From the human T2T-CHM13v2.0 reference genome, Homo sapiens: a stretch of DNA of 64,000 nt. This document shows positions 1 to 16,170 of the stretch, in pieces. The stretch lies in NCBI RefSeq assembly GCF_009914755.1, contig NC_060931.1; one strand, 5' to 3'. The translations under genes and the position numbers were made by a program. The notes under the pieces are model-generated. The model saw only the letters and a program-made list of their open reading frames with translations, was not told where the DNA came from and did not search any database. Position 1 is the stretch's first letter; each line of letters begins with the position of its first letter.

Positions 1-405
1 ATACTGCATTTTCTTGATTCATTTGTCTATTGATGAACACCTGGATTGCTTCCAACATTTAGCTGCGAATAATGCTCTATGAACATGCGGGTACAAGTAT
101 CTCTTCAAGACTCTGCTTTCAGTTCTTCTGGGTATATACCCGGAAGTGGAATTGCTACTCTACTGTTAACGGACCACCCACCATACTATTTTCCACAGCG
201 GCCGTAACATCCTCCCCTTCCATCAACAGTGCACAAGGGTTTCAATTTCTCCGCATCCTCTTCAACACTTGTTATTTTCAGGTTTTTGTTTTGTTTTGTT
301 TTGTTTTTTTGTTTTTTGTTTTAACAGTAGCCATCTTAATGGATGTGACGTGGTATCTCAGTGTAGTGTTGATTTGCATTTCTCTAATGATTAGTGATGT
401 TGAGC
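1..405 (-). mobile_element. Old L1 (L1M-type) 3' region fragment
   Basis: Typical antisense L1 3' motifs (ttgattcatttgtctattgatgaacacctggattg..., gatttgcatttctctaatgattagtgatgttgagca). Confidence 0.75.
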
Positions 406-1955
406 AGAGAGAGGTTTATTTTAAGAACCTGGCTCACATGGTTGTGGTAACTGGCACATCCCACGTCCGCATGGTAGGTGGAGACCTTGGGAAGGGTGTC
501 TGGTGGCAGAATTTCCTCTGGCAGTGGAAAGAGACGATGTGAAGATGGGTATGTCCACAGCGTGCTGCAGTTCTCAAGGGTTTTCTCATTGTCTTGCAGC
601 TACTCTGAGGATGTCACGGTGGTGTTCTCTGACTCAAACTACCTTTTCCATCAGAATCCCACAGTTTCCGTCCCATGTTGCCTTCCAGAGCTCTGAGAGT
701 TTGAGGGTAGTATGTGGTGGAGAGGCCTGAGTGCCCAGAGAACACGGACCTTCATCAGCGGTAAAGACTTTATTAATTAATGCTCATGATCTTCTGCATG
801 TTTATGGAGCACTTTGGAAATGAATAGGAATTAGCCCGGTAGGAATTTGCAGAGCCTGGTGTGAGGCTGTCATTGCATTGTGAGTCTAGCTCTTTACTGT
901 GTAATCTCTAAAGCTTACAAGATTTCTCCTGGAAGGTCAAGGAAGAGTGCCTCTGTACTCAGTAGAGCTCTGATATCCCATTTCTCCCTCTGTTCTTGAC
1001 CATGCAAGTCTAATTCAGTGAGATCTATCCATTCAGATCCAGCCTGGAGCTCACCGTCCCCACCTTCCTGGTCCAGCTTAGCCCATCTATTACAGCTGTT
1101 GTAGATACTTCGTTTGACACTTAGCATCTCCTGCATTGCATTGACAACTGCCTTGTTAGAAGTGTTTAATGTGCTTTAGCCCTCATATCCCAGAACTCTG
1201 GGTGATTGGGGTGGGGCAGTGCATGGTGATTGGTCCTGTCCCTTGGGTGTGGCAGATGTTAGGGCAGAGACTGAGGGGCATCACTGCACTTGGGAGCTAG
1301 AGTTGAGGCAAGCAGCCAGGAAGGCCTGCAGATCGGCCACACAGTTTCGCCCATGTGAGCCAAGCGATACCGAGAAACCCAGGTAGACCCTCGAAAGGGG
1401 AGCGCTCGCCTTAGACAGACCCAAGAGACAAGGGCTGGAGGCTGAGCTCAGGCCCAGTGGTCACCTGCCCAGCCCAGCAGTCATCTGCCCAGCCGTCTGA
1501 GCATGCACAGTGCAGCTTCCATATCCAGCCCCTTTAAGATCCTCTTCTGTGCCCCTGCCCTGAGGGATGATGGTGACGACAGAGTCAGGCCTTGGTGCAC
1601 AGTGGCTGAAGTGCTGCAGTGGCTCATTAGCACAGGACTTTTGCAAGGCCTAGAGTGACTGAGGGCAACCTTGGCTCCTCCCTGCCTGGGATTCTTCAGT
1701 TCCAGGGCTTGGGGGCAGAACACTCTCCCACATGAGCTTTATGCACATTCCCGCCAGCCTGATTAACCCCAGGGGAGGTGGAGCCGGCTTCTGCTCACCC
1801 ACATCCCCCTTGAAGGGAAATCAAACCTGACCCGGCTCAGTGATACTATGTGGGAATACTTTGCCCCCAGCAGGCCATGGGCACGGTGCACCTGGCTGCA
1901 GAGGACCTTCTCCTAGTTGGGGCTTTTAGGGCAGAGATGAAGAAATCAAGAAATT

Positions 1956-2180
1956 GGCTGGGTGCGGTGGCTCATGTCTGTAATCCCAGCAGTTTGGGAG
2001 GCTGAGGTGCGCAGATCGCTTGAGGTCAGGAGTTGAAGACCAGCTTGGCCAACATGGTGAAACCCCATCTCTATTAAAAATACAAAAATTGGCCAGGTGT
2101 GGCAGCACATGCCTGTAATCCCAGCACTTGGGAAGGCCGAGGCAGGCAGATCACCTCAGGCCAGGAGTTCGAGACCAGCC
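1956..2180 (+). mobile_element. Alu, left monomer followed by a second left-like truncated monomer
   Basis: ggctgggtgcggtggctca...aaaaatacaaaaatt, then ggccaggtgtggc...gatcacctcaggccaggagttcgagaccagcct; no poly-A tail. Confidence 0.9.
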
Positions 2181-3047
2181 TCTGAGGGACCCTCTGGAGT
2201 GCTCTTGTTTTGTGGACCACCACACAGTCAATGAGATGATTCCTGCCAACTGCCTGTGAGCCCGTCAATAATCACTGTAATCTCCCTGGCAGCCCCCAGA
2301 AGTAGATTTACAGCAGCATGGTAAAAATGAGGCTGCTTGATCAATGCATCCCTGGACGATCTTCTCCAGGAGACAAACACATATTGTAACAAAACTTTAT
2401 TTTCTTCTGAAAATTGCCTACATGATTAATATGGCCTGACATAGCCCAAGCTGCTCAGCATAAGAAACAGCCGTATTTCTTGCTCCCTCTTCAGCTCTGC
2501 TTCTCTCTCACTCCATGGCTTCATCTGTTTTCTTTGTTCTGCTCCCTGTTCCGTTGTGCTATATATTGTGCAATCTCCCATAAGGAGAAGAAGGATGCAT
2601 TAAAGTGCAGGTACCTCGGCACTCCATTCCACTGTGTTTCTCTTTGCTATTTCCAATGTGGCTTAGGCGTAAGCATGAAATGAAATTCCTCAGTGCTCCC
2701 TGGACGGACTCTCGGTGCACCTGTGACTGAGAGAAGCAGAGCACGTTCCCCGGGTACTAAATCATCTCTTACATCACCTGGAGCCGTGGAGAAGGCCAAA
2801 GCTCTATGCTCTGGAGTCCATACTGGATGAGAGGAATTCTTCCCTTTAATCACTGCGCTCGGGCATATGAGGGCTGCTGGGTATTCTGAGGGAGGGATGT
2901 CAGCAGGTTGTCCTGTCTCCTGTCTCCAGGGAGGTTCTAGGACTTCCCGAAGAAGAGCTGGTGTGCCTTAGGTTGCACACTCCTCCAGGTGTAGGGTCCT
3001 TTTCCTTGACTATGATTATTGGCGTGGGTGTTTTATTTCCTCTCCTG

Positions 3048-3214
3048 GAATGTTAGCTCTGTGATAGCAGGAACCTCTAGTATAACATAATACAGAGCAC
3101 TTAGTGGGTTCAGTAGATGCCTTCATTTGGGTTCCCCCAGAAACAGAGCCTGAAACAAAGGGTTTGAGTGCAAGTAGTTTATTTTGGAGGTGAAGAGAGC
3201 ATCACTAGGGGAGT
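3048..3214. repeat. Left arm of long inverted repeat (partly MLT1-type LTR-derived)
   Basis: Reverse complement of 4005-4170 with 4 mismatches and 1 indel by manual alignment. Confidence 0.95.
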
Positions 3215-3357
3215 GGCGAGTAAGACTGGGAGGGAAAGACATCCCCTCTCCAAAGGGTGTGTTATGAAGATTGCTCCTGTGGGTGATGGGGGCTTAATCC
3301 TGCTGCGGAAATTTACATTTAACCTGCTCTTGGGCTGAGGGAGCTGGGGTATTTGTA
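3119..3357 (-). mobile_element. Old MaLR LTR fragment (MLT1J/K/L-like)
   Basis: gggttcccccagaaacagagcctgaaacaaagg..gagtgcaagtagtttattttggaggtga motif; subfamily uncertain. Confidence 0.55.
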
Positions 3358-3472
3358 TTAGGTTGGTGCAAAAGTAATTGAGGGTTTTGCCATTACTTTT
3401 AATGGCAAAAAAGTACTTTTAATGGCATTAAAAGTAATGGCAAAACCCGCAATTACTTTTGCACCAACCTAA
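3358..3472. mobile_element. MADE1 mariner MITE, internally expanded (115 bp)
   Basis: TIR ttaggttggtgcaaaagtaattg...caattacttttgcaccaacctaa; TA TSD at 3356-3357 and 3473-3474. Confidence 0.93.
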
Positions 3473-3494
3473 TACATCAGTTCCTGGTGTTCTT

Positions 3495-3800
3495 TTTTTG
3501 GGGGGCGGGGAGGGGGAACAGGGTCTCATTATGTTACCCAGGCTGGAGTACATTGGCATGATCATAGCTCATGGTAGCCTTGACCTCCCGGGCTCAAGTG
3601 ATCCTCCCACCCCAGCCTCCCAAGTAGCTGTGAATACAGCCATGCACCACTGCACCTGGCTAATTTTAAAATTGTTTATAGGTACAGGATCTTGCTATGT
3701 TGCCCAGGCTGGTCTTAAACTCCTGGCCTCAAGCGACGCTCCCACGTCGGCCTCCCAAATTGCTGAAATTACAGGTGTGAGGCACTGCACCGTGTTCCGG
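3495..3800 (-). mobile_element. Alu (J-like)
   Basis: Diverged antisense Alu dimer. Confidence 0.88.
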
Positions 3801-4004
3801 GTGGTCCCTAGTTGAGAGATTTAGGGGGTGGAGTAATCGCTTAGGCATCAGCAAAGAAGGTTTCAGGCAAGGAAATGGAGGGGCTGGAGTCAGAAGTTGT
3901 GCGGTGTGCCCTGAAGCTCAGGGCACAGGTAGGCAGCACAGGTAGATGCGGGTAGATGGCACAGGTAGATGCAGGTAGACATATGCCTGGGACTGATGCC
4001 TGGG

Positions 4005-4170
4005 ACTCCCCTAGTGATGCTCTCTTCACCTCCAAAATAAACTACTTGCACTCAAACCTTTGTTTCAGGCTCTGTTTCTGGGGGAACCCAAATGAAGGCA
4101 TCTACTGAACCCACTAAGTGCTCCATATTATATTATAGTAGAGGTTCCTGCTATCACAGAGCTAACATTC
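4005..4170. repeat. Right arm of long inverted repeat
   Basis: actcccctagtgatgc...gagctaacattc is the reverse complement of 3048-3214. Confidence 0.95.
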
Positions 4171-4376
4171 TAACTCACCACCTGTAGGGTGGTGAATCTG
4201 GGGGAAGTGGGGCTGCATCTGTTAATGCTGTCCTCCTTAGGGTTTATTCTCAGTTCTTAGCCAAGGAGAAGCCTAAGGGAACCAGTGATTCACGCCTTGG
4301 GACGACTGGATGAGGATTCGGCTGAAATCTTACACTATGTCCAGCTGCAGTGCCTGAGCTTTTATCCTTCCTCTGA

Positions 4377-5022
<646 letters not shown>

Positions 5023-5062
5023 TAGGCTTACCCTAGTCTATTATTCCTTGAGTCCTCTAGAG

Positions 5063-5754
<692 letters not shown>

Positions 5755-6977
5755 CTCTAGGGCTCATAAGAATCATTGACTGGCCATGGATCTAGATGAA
5801 CTTCCTTCTTCTCATTAGCTAAAGCAGATGACAGTGAAGAGCTGAATTCCTCCTCCACTCCCCACCCCGCACCCCATCTTTGTTGTCCTTCTCCAAAAAG
5901 CGAAATAAAAAATTCCATCCCGTGTTAGGAACTGTTTATCTACATTGGAATTCTCCTCTGGGCCACTGTGCCCAAAATGATCTTAAGTAGAAGTGAGTGG
6001 TGTTTGCTCATCTTCTGGAATTCAGCGCTACTAGGAATGATGGCTCAATGAAAACTGTACAACAGGCAAATATTGCATGTCAATAACAAAACTCCTGGGA
6101 GATCCTTGGAGATATTTAACAGTTGGACAAAGGCGTGGCATCCAGGGCAATGGGGGTGGGTGCTGCTGATGGTGCCTTTGTGTTGGATCCCAACCTGCAA
6201 AATTCAGTGTGCTCACTGCTGGGAGCCACCCCCACAAGCTCATGAGATAAAAGAAAGCCAGCTAGAGTGAGTGCCTGAAGGCCAAGAAAGCTTATCTTCT
6301 CAGCAACTACAGGATTAGGAGTAGGCTAAACCCCTTCCTTTCATCGTGCTGGGTAGGAGAGGGATTACCCTGCAAGCTGCTCCGTCGTCCGGAAGATGGT
6401 GAGGAGGAGGCAATGCCACGGGTCCTGTTTAAAACCGGATTATCTTGAGGAGCACAGGAATGAGCCTCTCCTATTTAATCAGCCTGGGAGCTGATATCCC
6501 TGGCCCCTTCTGAACCGGCCCACTCTTCTGAAGGGCTTGGGTGCACCTGGGCCCAGTGGTTTGCCTTCTCTGGGACCTCTGGCTTACAGAGATGGGTCAT
6601 TTGTTGGATTTTTCACATCCTTAGTTTTATTTCCTTACCTTTGGCCATTAGTTATCTATAGATTCTTCTAAACCTGAGAATGGTTGTCTCCTTGTGAGAA
6701 GGAGGCTCTTTCAGTTCCTGGAAGCCTCTAAGTTGTGCAGCAAAGTCTCTTTCCTTGACATGCCCACGGCTCTCTGCTCTGTGGCCTTTCTCTGCACCTA
6801 CCACAGACCTCTTGCTCCAGCAGTCCTTCCACACACCCCTGCATATTTTCCCCAGGCCAGAAATCTCTTCTCTCGAACTCCCTGTTCCTGTGGCCCCCTT
6901 CATCAGCCTTCTAAGTCCCACCTGTTTCCCAGCTGTCTCCAGCAGAGCACTTCCTCAGAGAAGCCTCCTCTGATCTC

Positions 6978-7142
6978 TGAGTGGGGAAGTAAGACTGTGA
7001 AGGGAAGCCATTGTAAAAAGATTGGTACTGTCAGTGTCAGAGCTTAATCCCACTGGGGAAAATCCAGGAGCAAGTGTAAACCCAGACCTCAGAGTTAACT
7101 TGCTCCAAGTGCGAGGGAGCTGTGGTATTTATACACCTTTAG
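6978..7142. repeat. Direct-repeat copy of 8430-8593 (MLT1-derived)
   Basis: Shares cagacctcagagttaacttgctccaag and gtatttatacacctttag blocks. Confidence 0.85.
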
Positions 7143-7587
7143 GATAATGAGGCCCCGGTTCTGTGCTATCTTAGCACCTTGCTACTAGCTGTCGCACTTA
7201 CTAGCATGTGGTGTGTCTGCACAGTGGACTCTCTGAACTGGGTGGGATGTTTCCCAGGGCCTGGCTGGTGGTTGAAACTCAGTAAGTCTTTCAACAAGGG
7301 AGTGCATGATGAAGCCAGGTAGCACTAAGAAAAGTGCAGGTGTGAGCTAGTGGCAAAAAGACTGGAGGTGGCCCGGGGCTAGAACACCCAGAGAGGAGCA
7401 TGAACTGCAGATCGGGCTGGATTGGGGTGAAGACTCACTGCCAATGGCGCACCCTCTCCTGAGGAAATCTAGGTAGAGCCCAGCCCAGGAGGAGGAAGGG
7501 AAGGTTAAGGCAATCTCAGCCATAACTCCAGCTCCTTGACCGCAGGGATCTCCAGTACAGGGTTAGACACTTAGTGGGTTCAGTAGG

Positions 7588-8305
7588 TGTATTAGTCCCT
7601 TTTGTGTTGCTATAAAGGAATTCCTGAGGCTGGGTGATTCATTGATTGACAGATTGATTGATTGATTTTGAGACAGGGTCTCTCACTCTGTCGCCCGGGC
7701 TGGAGTGCGGTGGTGCGATCACAGCTTGTTGCAGCCTCCAACTCCTAGGCTCAGGTGATCCTCCTGTCTCAGCCCCCTGAGAGGCTGGGACCACAGGCAT
7801 GTGCCATCATGCCTAGCTAATTTTTATATATATTTTTTGTAGAGATGGGGTTTTGGCATGTTGCTTAGGCTAGTCTCAAACTCCTGGGCTCAAATGATCC
7901 TCCTGCCTCAGCCTCCCAATGTGCTGGGATTACAGGTGTGAGTCACCATGCCTGGCCTTGGGTGATTTATTTAAAAAGAAGGTTTTATTTGTCTCACGGT
8001 TCTGCAGAATGTACAAGAACCATGGCACCAGCATCTGCTTGGCTTCTGGTGAGGCCTCAGAAACTTCTAGTTATGGCAGAAGGGAAGGGGAGCAGGTGAG
8101 TGTCACATGATGAGAGAGGGAACAAGAGAGTGGTGGGGAGGTCCCAGACTCTGTGAGAACTTCCTCATTACCATGAAGGAGGCATCGAGCCACAAATGAG
8201 GGATCCACCCCCATGACCCAAACATTTCCCACCAGGCCTCACCTCCAACATTGGGGGTCACATTTCAACATGAGATTTGGAGGGGACAAATATTCAAACC
8301 ATATA
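7588..8305 (-). mobile_element. MST-type MaLR solo LTR with nested Alu (~7665-7958)
   Basis: tgtattagtcc...aaaccatata ends; perfect 5-bp TSD gtagg at 7583-7587 and 8306-8310. Confidence 0.88.
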
Positions 8306-8310
8306 GTAGG

Positions 8311-8593
8311 TATCTTCATTTAGTTTCCCCCAGAAGCAGACCCTGAAATAAACATCTTCAAGTAGATGGGTTTATTCACATCAAGAGTGCAAGTAGTTTA
8401 TTTGGGAGGTGAAGAGAGCACCAGTAGGGGACTGGGGAAGTAAGAATGTGAAGGGAAAGCATCCCCAAAAGATTGGTAGTGTGGGTGATGGAGCTTAATT
8501 TCACTGGGGAAATTCCAAGAGCCAGTGTAAACTCAGACCTCAGAGTTAACTTGCTCCAAGGGTGAGGAAGCTGGGGTATTTATACACCTTTAG
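8311..8593 (-). mobile_element. MLT1-type LTR fragment, paralogous to 3119-3357
   Basis: Same motifs; shares the upstream flank cacttagtgggttcagtag (7568-7586) once the MST is removed. Confidence 0.6.
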
Positions 8594-8750
8594 CAGCAAA
8601 TGTTTTAGTGTAAGAACCCCCTGGGACTCCACCCTGGAGGAAGTTCTGCTTCAGGAGGCTTGGGGTAAGGCTGAAAATGTGCATTTCTTATAAGCTCCTA
8701 TTTGATGCTTACGTAGCTTGTGTGGGGAGCACACTTTGAGAACCATTGGG
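8594..8750. mobile_element. MER5-like hAT MITE remnant
   Basis: Ends in cacactttgagaaccattg. Confidence 0.5.
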
Positions 8751-10202
8751 TTAGGTAACCACGCCTTGAGCCCTGTCTGTGAGTCCCATTTTAATGGTTC
8801 ACATTTCAGTTCTACATGAAGATGTTCAGTGAGTAAGAAAATGGGAGGAGGAGGTATTTGGTTCAGCCAGACCATAAATCAATATCCATTCATCATCCTC
8901 CTCCTCCTCTCCCAAATACCCAGGGGACCGGGAGTTGACGATATTAACATGATCTCCCTCTTTTCAGTTCCTGGTTCTGTTCTCTATGTTTTTTCCCCGG
9001 GCCAGAAATCTCTTCTCTTGAACTAGAAGAGGAATCTAATATTTTTCATTTTATTAAGATGTTCTTTGTAACTGGTATTATCGAGTTTTGTAAATGTTCT
9101 ACGTCTATTTAAAAAGACCCCCACACACTGTAATCATGGAATTGAATTCCTGCCAGACATCAATTTTGTGTATTCTGGTAGGCTATGAGTTTATTTTTTT
9201 TAAGTCTTTTTGATAATGGTGTTTTAAAATCTCCTTTTATAATGACTCTTCCTTCCTGTGTTCCTAATACTTGTTTTCTGGTATCTTGTTGTCAGTTTCT
9301 TTGGCAACTATAGATTTGTATCTGCATGGCTTCATTAATAGTGATGGTTGTTACCATTATGTAATGCTCTCTTTATCTTAGAAGCATACTCTGTTTTTTT
9401 TGCCTTGAATTTAGTTCTTCTTACATTAATATTGTTGTTCCTGCTTGCTAGTTCACATTTGATTAAAACTTTTTTTTCCCAGCCTTACAATTTTGTTTTC
9501 TGATCTTAAAAGTAATGCGTGCTCTTTGTTGGAAAATTCGAATGTATCAAAAAGCAAATATAATTGGAAAAAAATAAATACTGAAGAGACTAACCAGAGG
9601 CAACTGCTTATTCGCCCATGCCCTTACCCTCTTTAATGCACATTTTGCATAGTTAAGATCAATAGTATAAACAAGTTGATGTTCTGCTTTTTCCCCCGAA
9701 GTGTAAAGCATAATCAGTGCCCCCCTTTTTTTTTTATTAAAAAAGCTCTGCAAACATCATTTTAATGAGGGCAGATTGATCTATTCTCAGACTCACTAAG
9801 CTCTGGTCAAGATGGGCTCAGGGAATGGGTGTACAAAGCCGGGGCACTCTGGAGAAGCAGACAAGATGAGACTGCAGATTTTCCTTTGTCAGGGAATTTT
9901 GTTTTTATTTTAAGTCATTTGTTTCACTCAGTTTGAATATTGACATTGGCCTGTGTTAAGCCCAGGTAAGATGCAATTCTTTGTACTCTGTACATCCAGC
10001 TGAAATCATTCAGGCAACATTTGCCAGAAATCACTGCTCACCAAGTCCAGCGAGCATTTTGCTGCCCAGATCTTTTGGCACCATCTGATATTGTCACGCA
10101 GCTTCCTTGATGGGGTGTATCGCTCCTCCTGGTGCCCCGACACTACTCTCTGCTGATTCTCCCCTGATCTTCTTTTTGCAGCTGTTCTTCTCTTCCTTGG
10201 TT

Positions 10203-10592
10203 TCTTAGTCCATTTGTCTTTCTACAAAGAATACTTGAGTCTAGGTAATTTATAACGGAAAGTAATTTATTTCACACACGGTTCTGTAGACTGTACAAGA
10301 AGCATGATGCCAGCATCTGCTTCTGGTGAGGGTTTCAGAAGCTTCCACTCATGGTAGAAGAGGAAGGGGAGCTGGTGAGGTCACATGATGAGTGGAGAGA
10401 GAGAGGGGAGGAGGTGCGAGGCTCTTTTTAACAGTCTGATTTCATGGGAACTAAGATGGAGAACTCACTGAATTCCATAAGAATGGCACCAAGCCTTTCG
10501 CGTCCATGACCCAAACACCTACCACCAGGCCCCACCTTCAATATTAGGGATCACATTTCAACATGAGATTTGGAGGGGACAAACCATATCAC
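10203..10592 (-). mobile_element. MST-type MaLR LTR
   Basis: tcttagtccatt...caacatgagatttggaggggacaaaccatatca. Confidence 0.8.
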
Positions 10593-10919
10593 TCGGCCCC
10601 CTCCCTTCTTAAACTGGGATCACTTGTGATTCTCAGCATCAGGACACACTGGGCAGTCTGCTCCACTTTATGTGTTCTGACAGTTTCCCATTGGAATTGT
10701 CCAATAGGATCTACCACTCAAGCCCAGAACAATTCAAACCTGTAAGGCCTCTGTCTCCCAGATGGTCATCCTGGGTCTTTGTAGCTCCGTTGGTCCAATG
10801 ATGAACTTACTGTGTTTGCCTTGATCTTTGTTTGGGTGACCAGGATGGAGGAATTCGGGTGCACAGAGGTATCACAGTCATAATACTTGACACACTCCAT
10901 CACTGGTTCATGCATAGCC

Positions 10920-13290
<2,371 letters not shown>

Positions 13291-14112
13291 TACCTCCTCT
13301 ATTTATTTTTAAAAATGTATTTATTAATAAATATCTCTTTTCCTACCATGTCAAGGATGAGAACATTCACCCATATACCTTCCTAAGGGTTTATAAAAGC
13401 CTCTTCTGGAGAAGACGGCTAAGTCATGAGTGAGCTCAGTAAACATGGGACTCACCATAGTGGGCTATTGTGTGGACCAGGTACTGGACTTAAGGCAAAA
13501 ATCTGGACAGAATGCAATGGGCTTCTCTGTATTTACTGCTTCTGATCTTATCAAGACCTACTGCCTATCCTCAGGAGCAGGTCAAAGCAGAACATGTCTT
13601 GAGAGATACGAGATATGATACAGTGAATGTCTTCCACTGATCCAGGCAGTAGACAGAAAGCCTGTAGTCAGAACATCCAATTATAGATAAGAATGGGTGC
13701 TATACTCATTCAGGCAATCCATCCTCAGCTTAAAATGAGGTACATTTGCAGGAGCAGTGTTAAAAATGACAACTCTCGCTGCATCTATCTGAAGTCACAC
13801 TGCCCTGTTATGGAGGTTGGCCTCTGTGGCTGTGCGTTGTTGTCGTCTTGGATCTCCCTTCACCGTCTTCTTGTGGACTCTCTGACCCTCTTCTGTGCTG
13901 TCTCCTGTGCTCTTCTCTTGGTTTATGTTCTTATTTTGGTGAAACACAACACCTGGAAGCTTCTTAAGAGAGACTGCAAGGAAGAGAAAATCTTTCAAGT
14001 TCACTCATGCCTCTAAAGATGGCTTTAGCCTCATCTTCTAGGTGAATGATGGTGTCGTTGAGTTAGATGTTGCCTTCTTTCAGAATTTTGATGGTTTTGC
14101 TCCATTATTGTC

Positions 14113-14113
14113 G

Positions 14114-14156
<43 letters not shown>
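14113..14156. repeat. (GTT)n microsatellite
   Basis: About 14 perfect GTT units. Confidence 0.95.
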
Positions 14157-14158
<2 letters not shown>

Positions 14159-14844
14159 TAGAAGAACCAAAGGCATTCTGATTTCCTGGTTTTTTGCATG
14201 TTCTTTTTTCCTTTCTGGAAGCCTGTAGAGTCTTTATCTTGTCACCATAGTTTTAAATTTCACAATGATGAGCCTTGATATGGGTCAGTTTGCATTGATT
14301 AGATGGGGCATTTAGTGGCTTCCATCCTCAATCTATTGTCTATCCATTTTTGGGAATTTCTTGGAATTTTAATTGATAATTCCTCCTCATTTTTTCTGTT
14401 CTCTCTTTCAGCATCTTTCATTATTCTAGTTTGGGGCCTCCTAAATTGAACCTCTAATTTTCTTATTTTTCTCTGCTATCTTATCTTTCGCTATCTGATA
14501 TTTTTGCTCTGTTTTCTTTATTCTCACTTCAGTTTTTTTATTCTTCCCTTCTATCCATTTTTTCTATTTCTGCTATCATAGTTTTACTTCCAAGTGATCA
14601 TTTTTATTCTCTGAAAGCTCCTTTTATAACATATTGTCCTTTTTTATTGGAAGCAATATGTTTTCTTGTCCCTGGAGGATGTTAATAATATTTTTTGTTT
14701 TAACTTTTTCTCCCTGCATAGTCTGTTTCTAAAAGTTACATTTTTCTCATTGATGTTTAGTTTCTATCTTTCATGTTGGAGGCTTTCCTTAGATATCTGG
14801 TGAGTCTTTTCTGCTTATGATTATCTCTTAAATAGTGATTAGAC

Positions 14845-15040
14845 AGCCAGGGGCTGGGTGGAGGGGGAATGGGGAGTTATTGCTTAAGGGTATGGGATTT
14901 GTCTGAAAAGATGAAAAAAGTTGTGGAAATAGATGATGATCGCACAATAATAGGTATGTACCTAATGTCACTGAACTGTATACTTAAAATGGTTAAAATA
15001 GTAAATTTCATGTTATGTCCATTTTATCAGTTTTTAAAAA
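14845..15040 (+). mobile_element. L1M 3' end fragment
   Basis: gccaggggctggg...cactgaactgtatacttaaaatggttaaaatagtaaatttcatg. Confidence 0.7.
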
Positions 15041-15128
15041 GCTGATCAGACATTGTGCACTTGAGTTGGACTTACTGGATTTGACAATAGAGTGATTTGT
15101 GTGGGCTGAAACAAGAAGTGGGAGTGGG

Positions 15129-15455
<327 letters not shown>

Positions 15456-16170
15456 TCAGTTTCTTTTCAAATAGCCTTCGTGCTAGTCTTCCTTATTCTG
15501 GTCTGTCCATTTTACCCCCAGTTCCAAAGGCACCTGCTGCTGCCGGTTCCATTGCCTCTTGAGTGTCCTCTGGTATATATCGAGTTGATTTCTCAGTTTT
15601 GGGCATTGTTAGCTTGGGATCATCTGTCACACATCTGTCACTTGGTTAACCCTCTGATTCTGCGTTCTAGCTTCCTCAATTTCATGGCTGTTGTCTTGTC
15701 TTGCATTTCCTCTGGCTTTGGAAGGTTATGGTTTTTGTTGTTGTTGTTTGTCTATTTTAGAAATCCTTTTACTGTAGTTTTTTTGTGAATTTTGACTAGT
15801 GGTCTCTGATTCATGAGTTAAATTCATCATCTTATTCTGAAAGTTTTATATTCATCTTTGAGAATGTTTAATATAAATTGATAAACTGTCTTCCAGGTAT
15901 GTGGTAATGTCACATGAAGAGTATATGAAAGGCTTTTTTTTCTCTGTATTCTTACCAACACTGAATTTTATTAATCTTTGCCATCTTTGTTGTTCTGGTG
16001 CAGGGGAAATGGCATTCCATTTTTAAGTGTGCATTTAAAAAAATAGTATTGATGATGAATACTTTTTCATATGTTTATATATTTTTTAGAGGTTTGCCTA
16101 TTGATGACTCCTTATCCCTTTTTTATTGGAGTATTTATCTTTGTCTTATTGATTTACAAGAACTTTTTAT

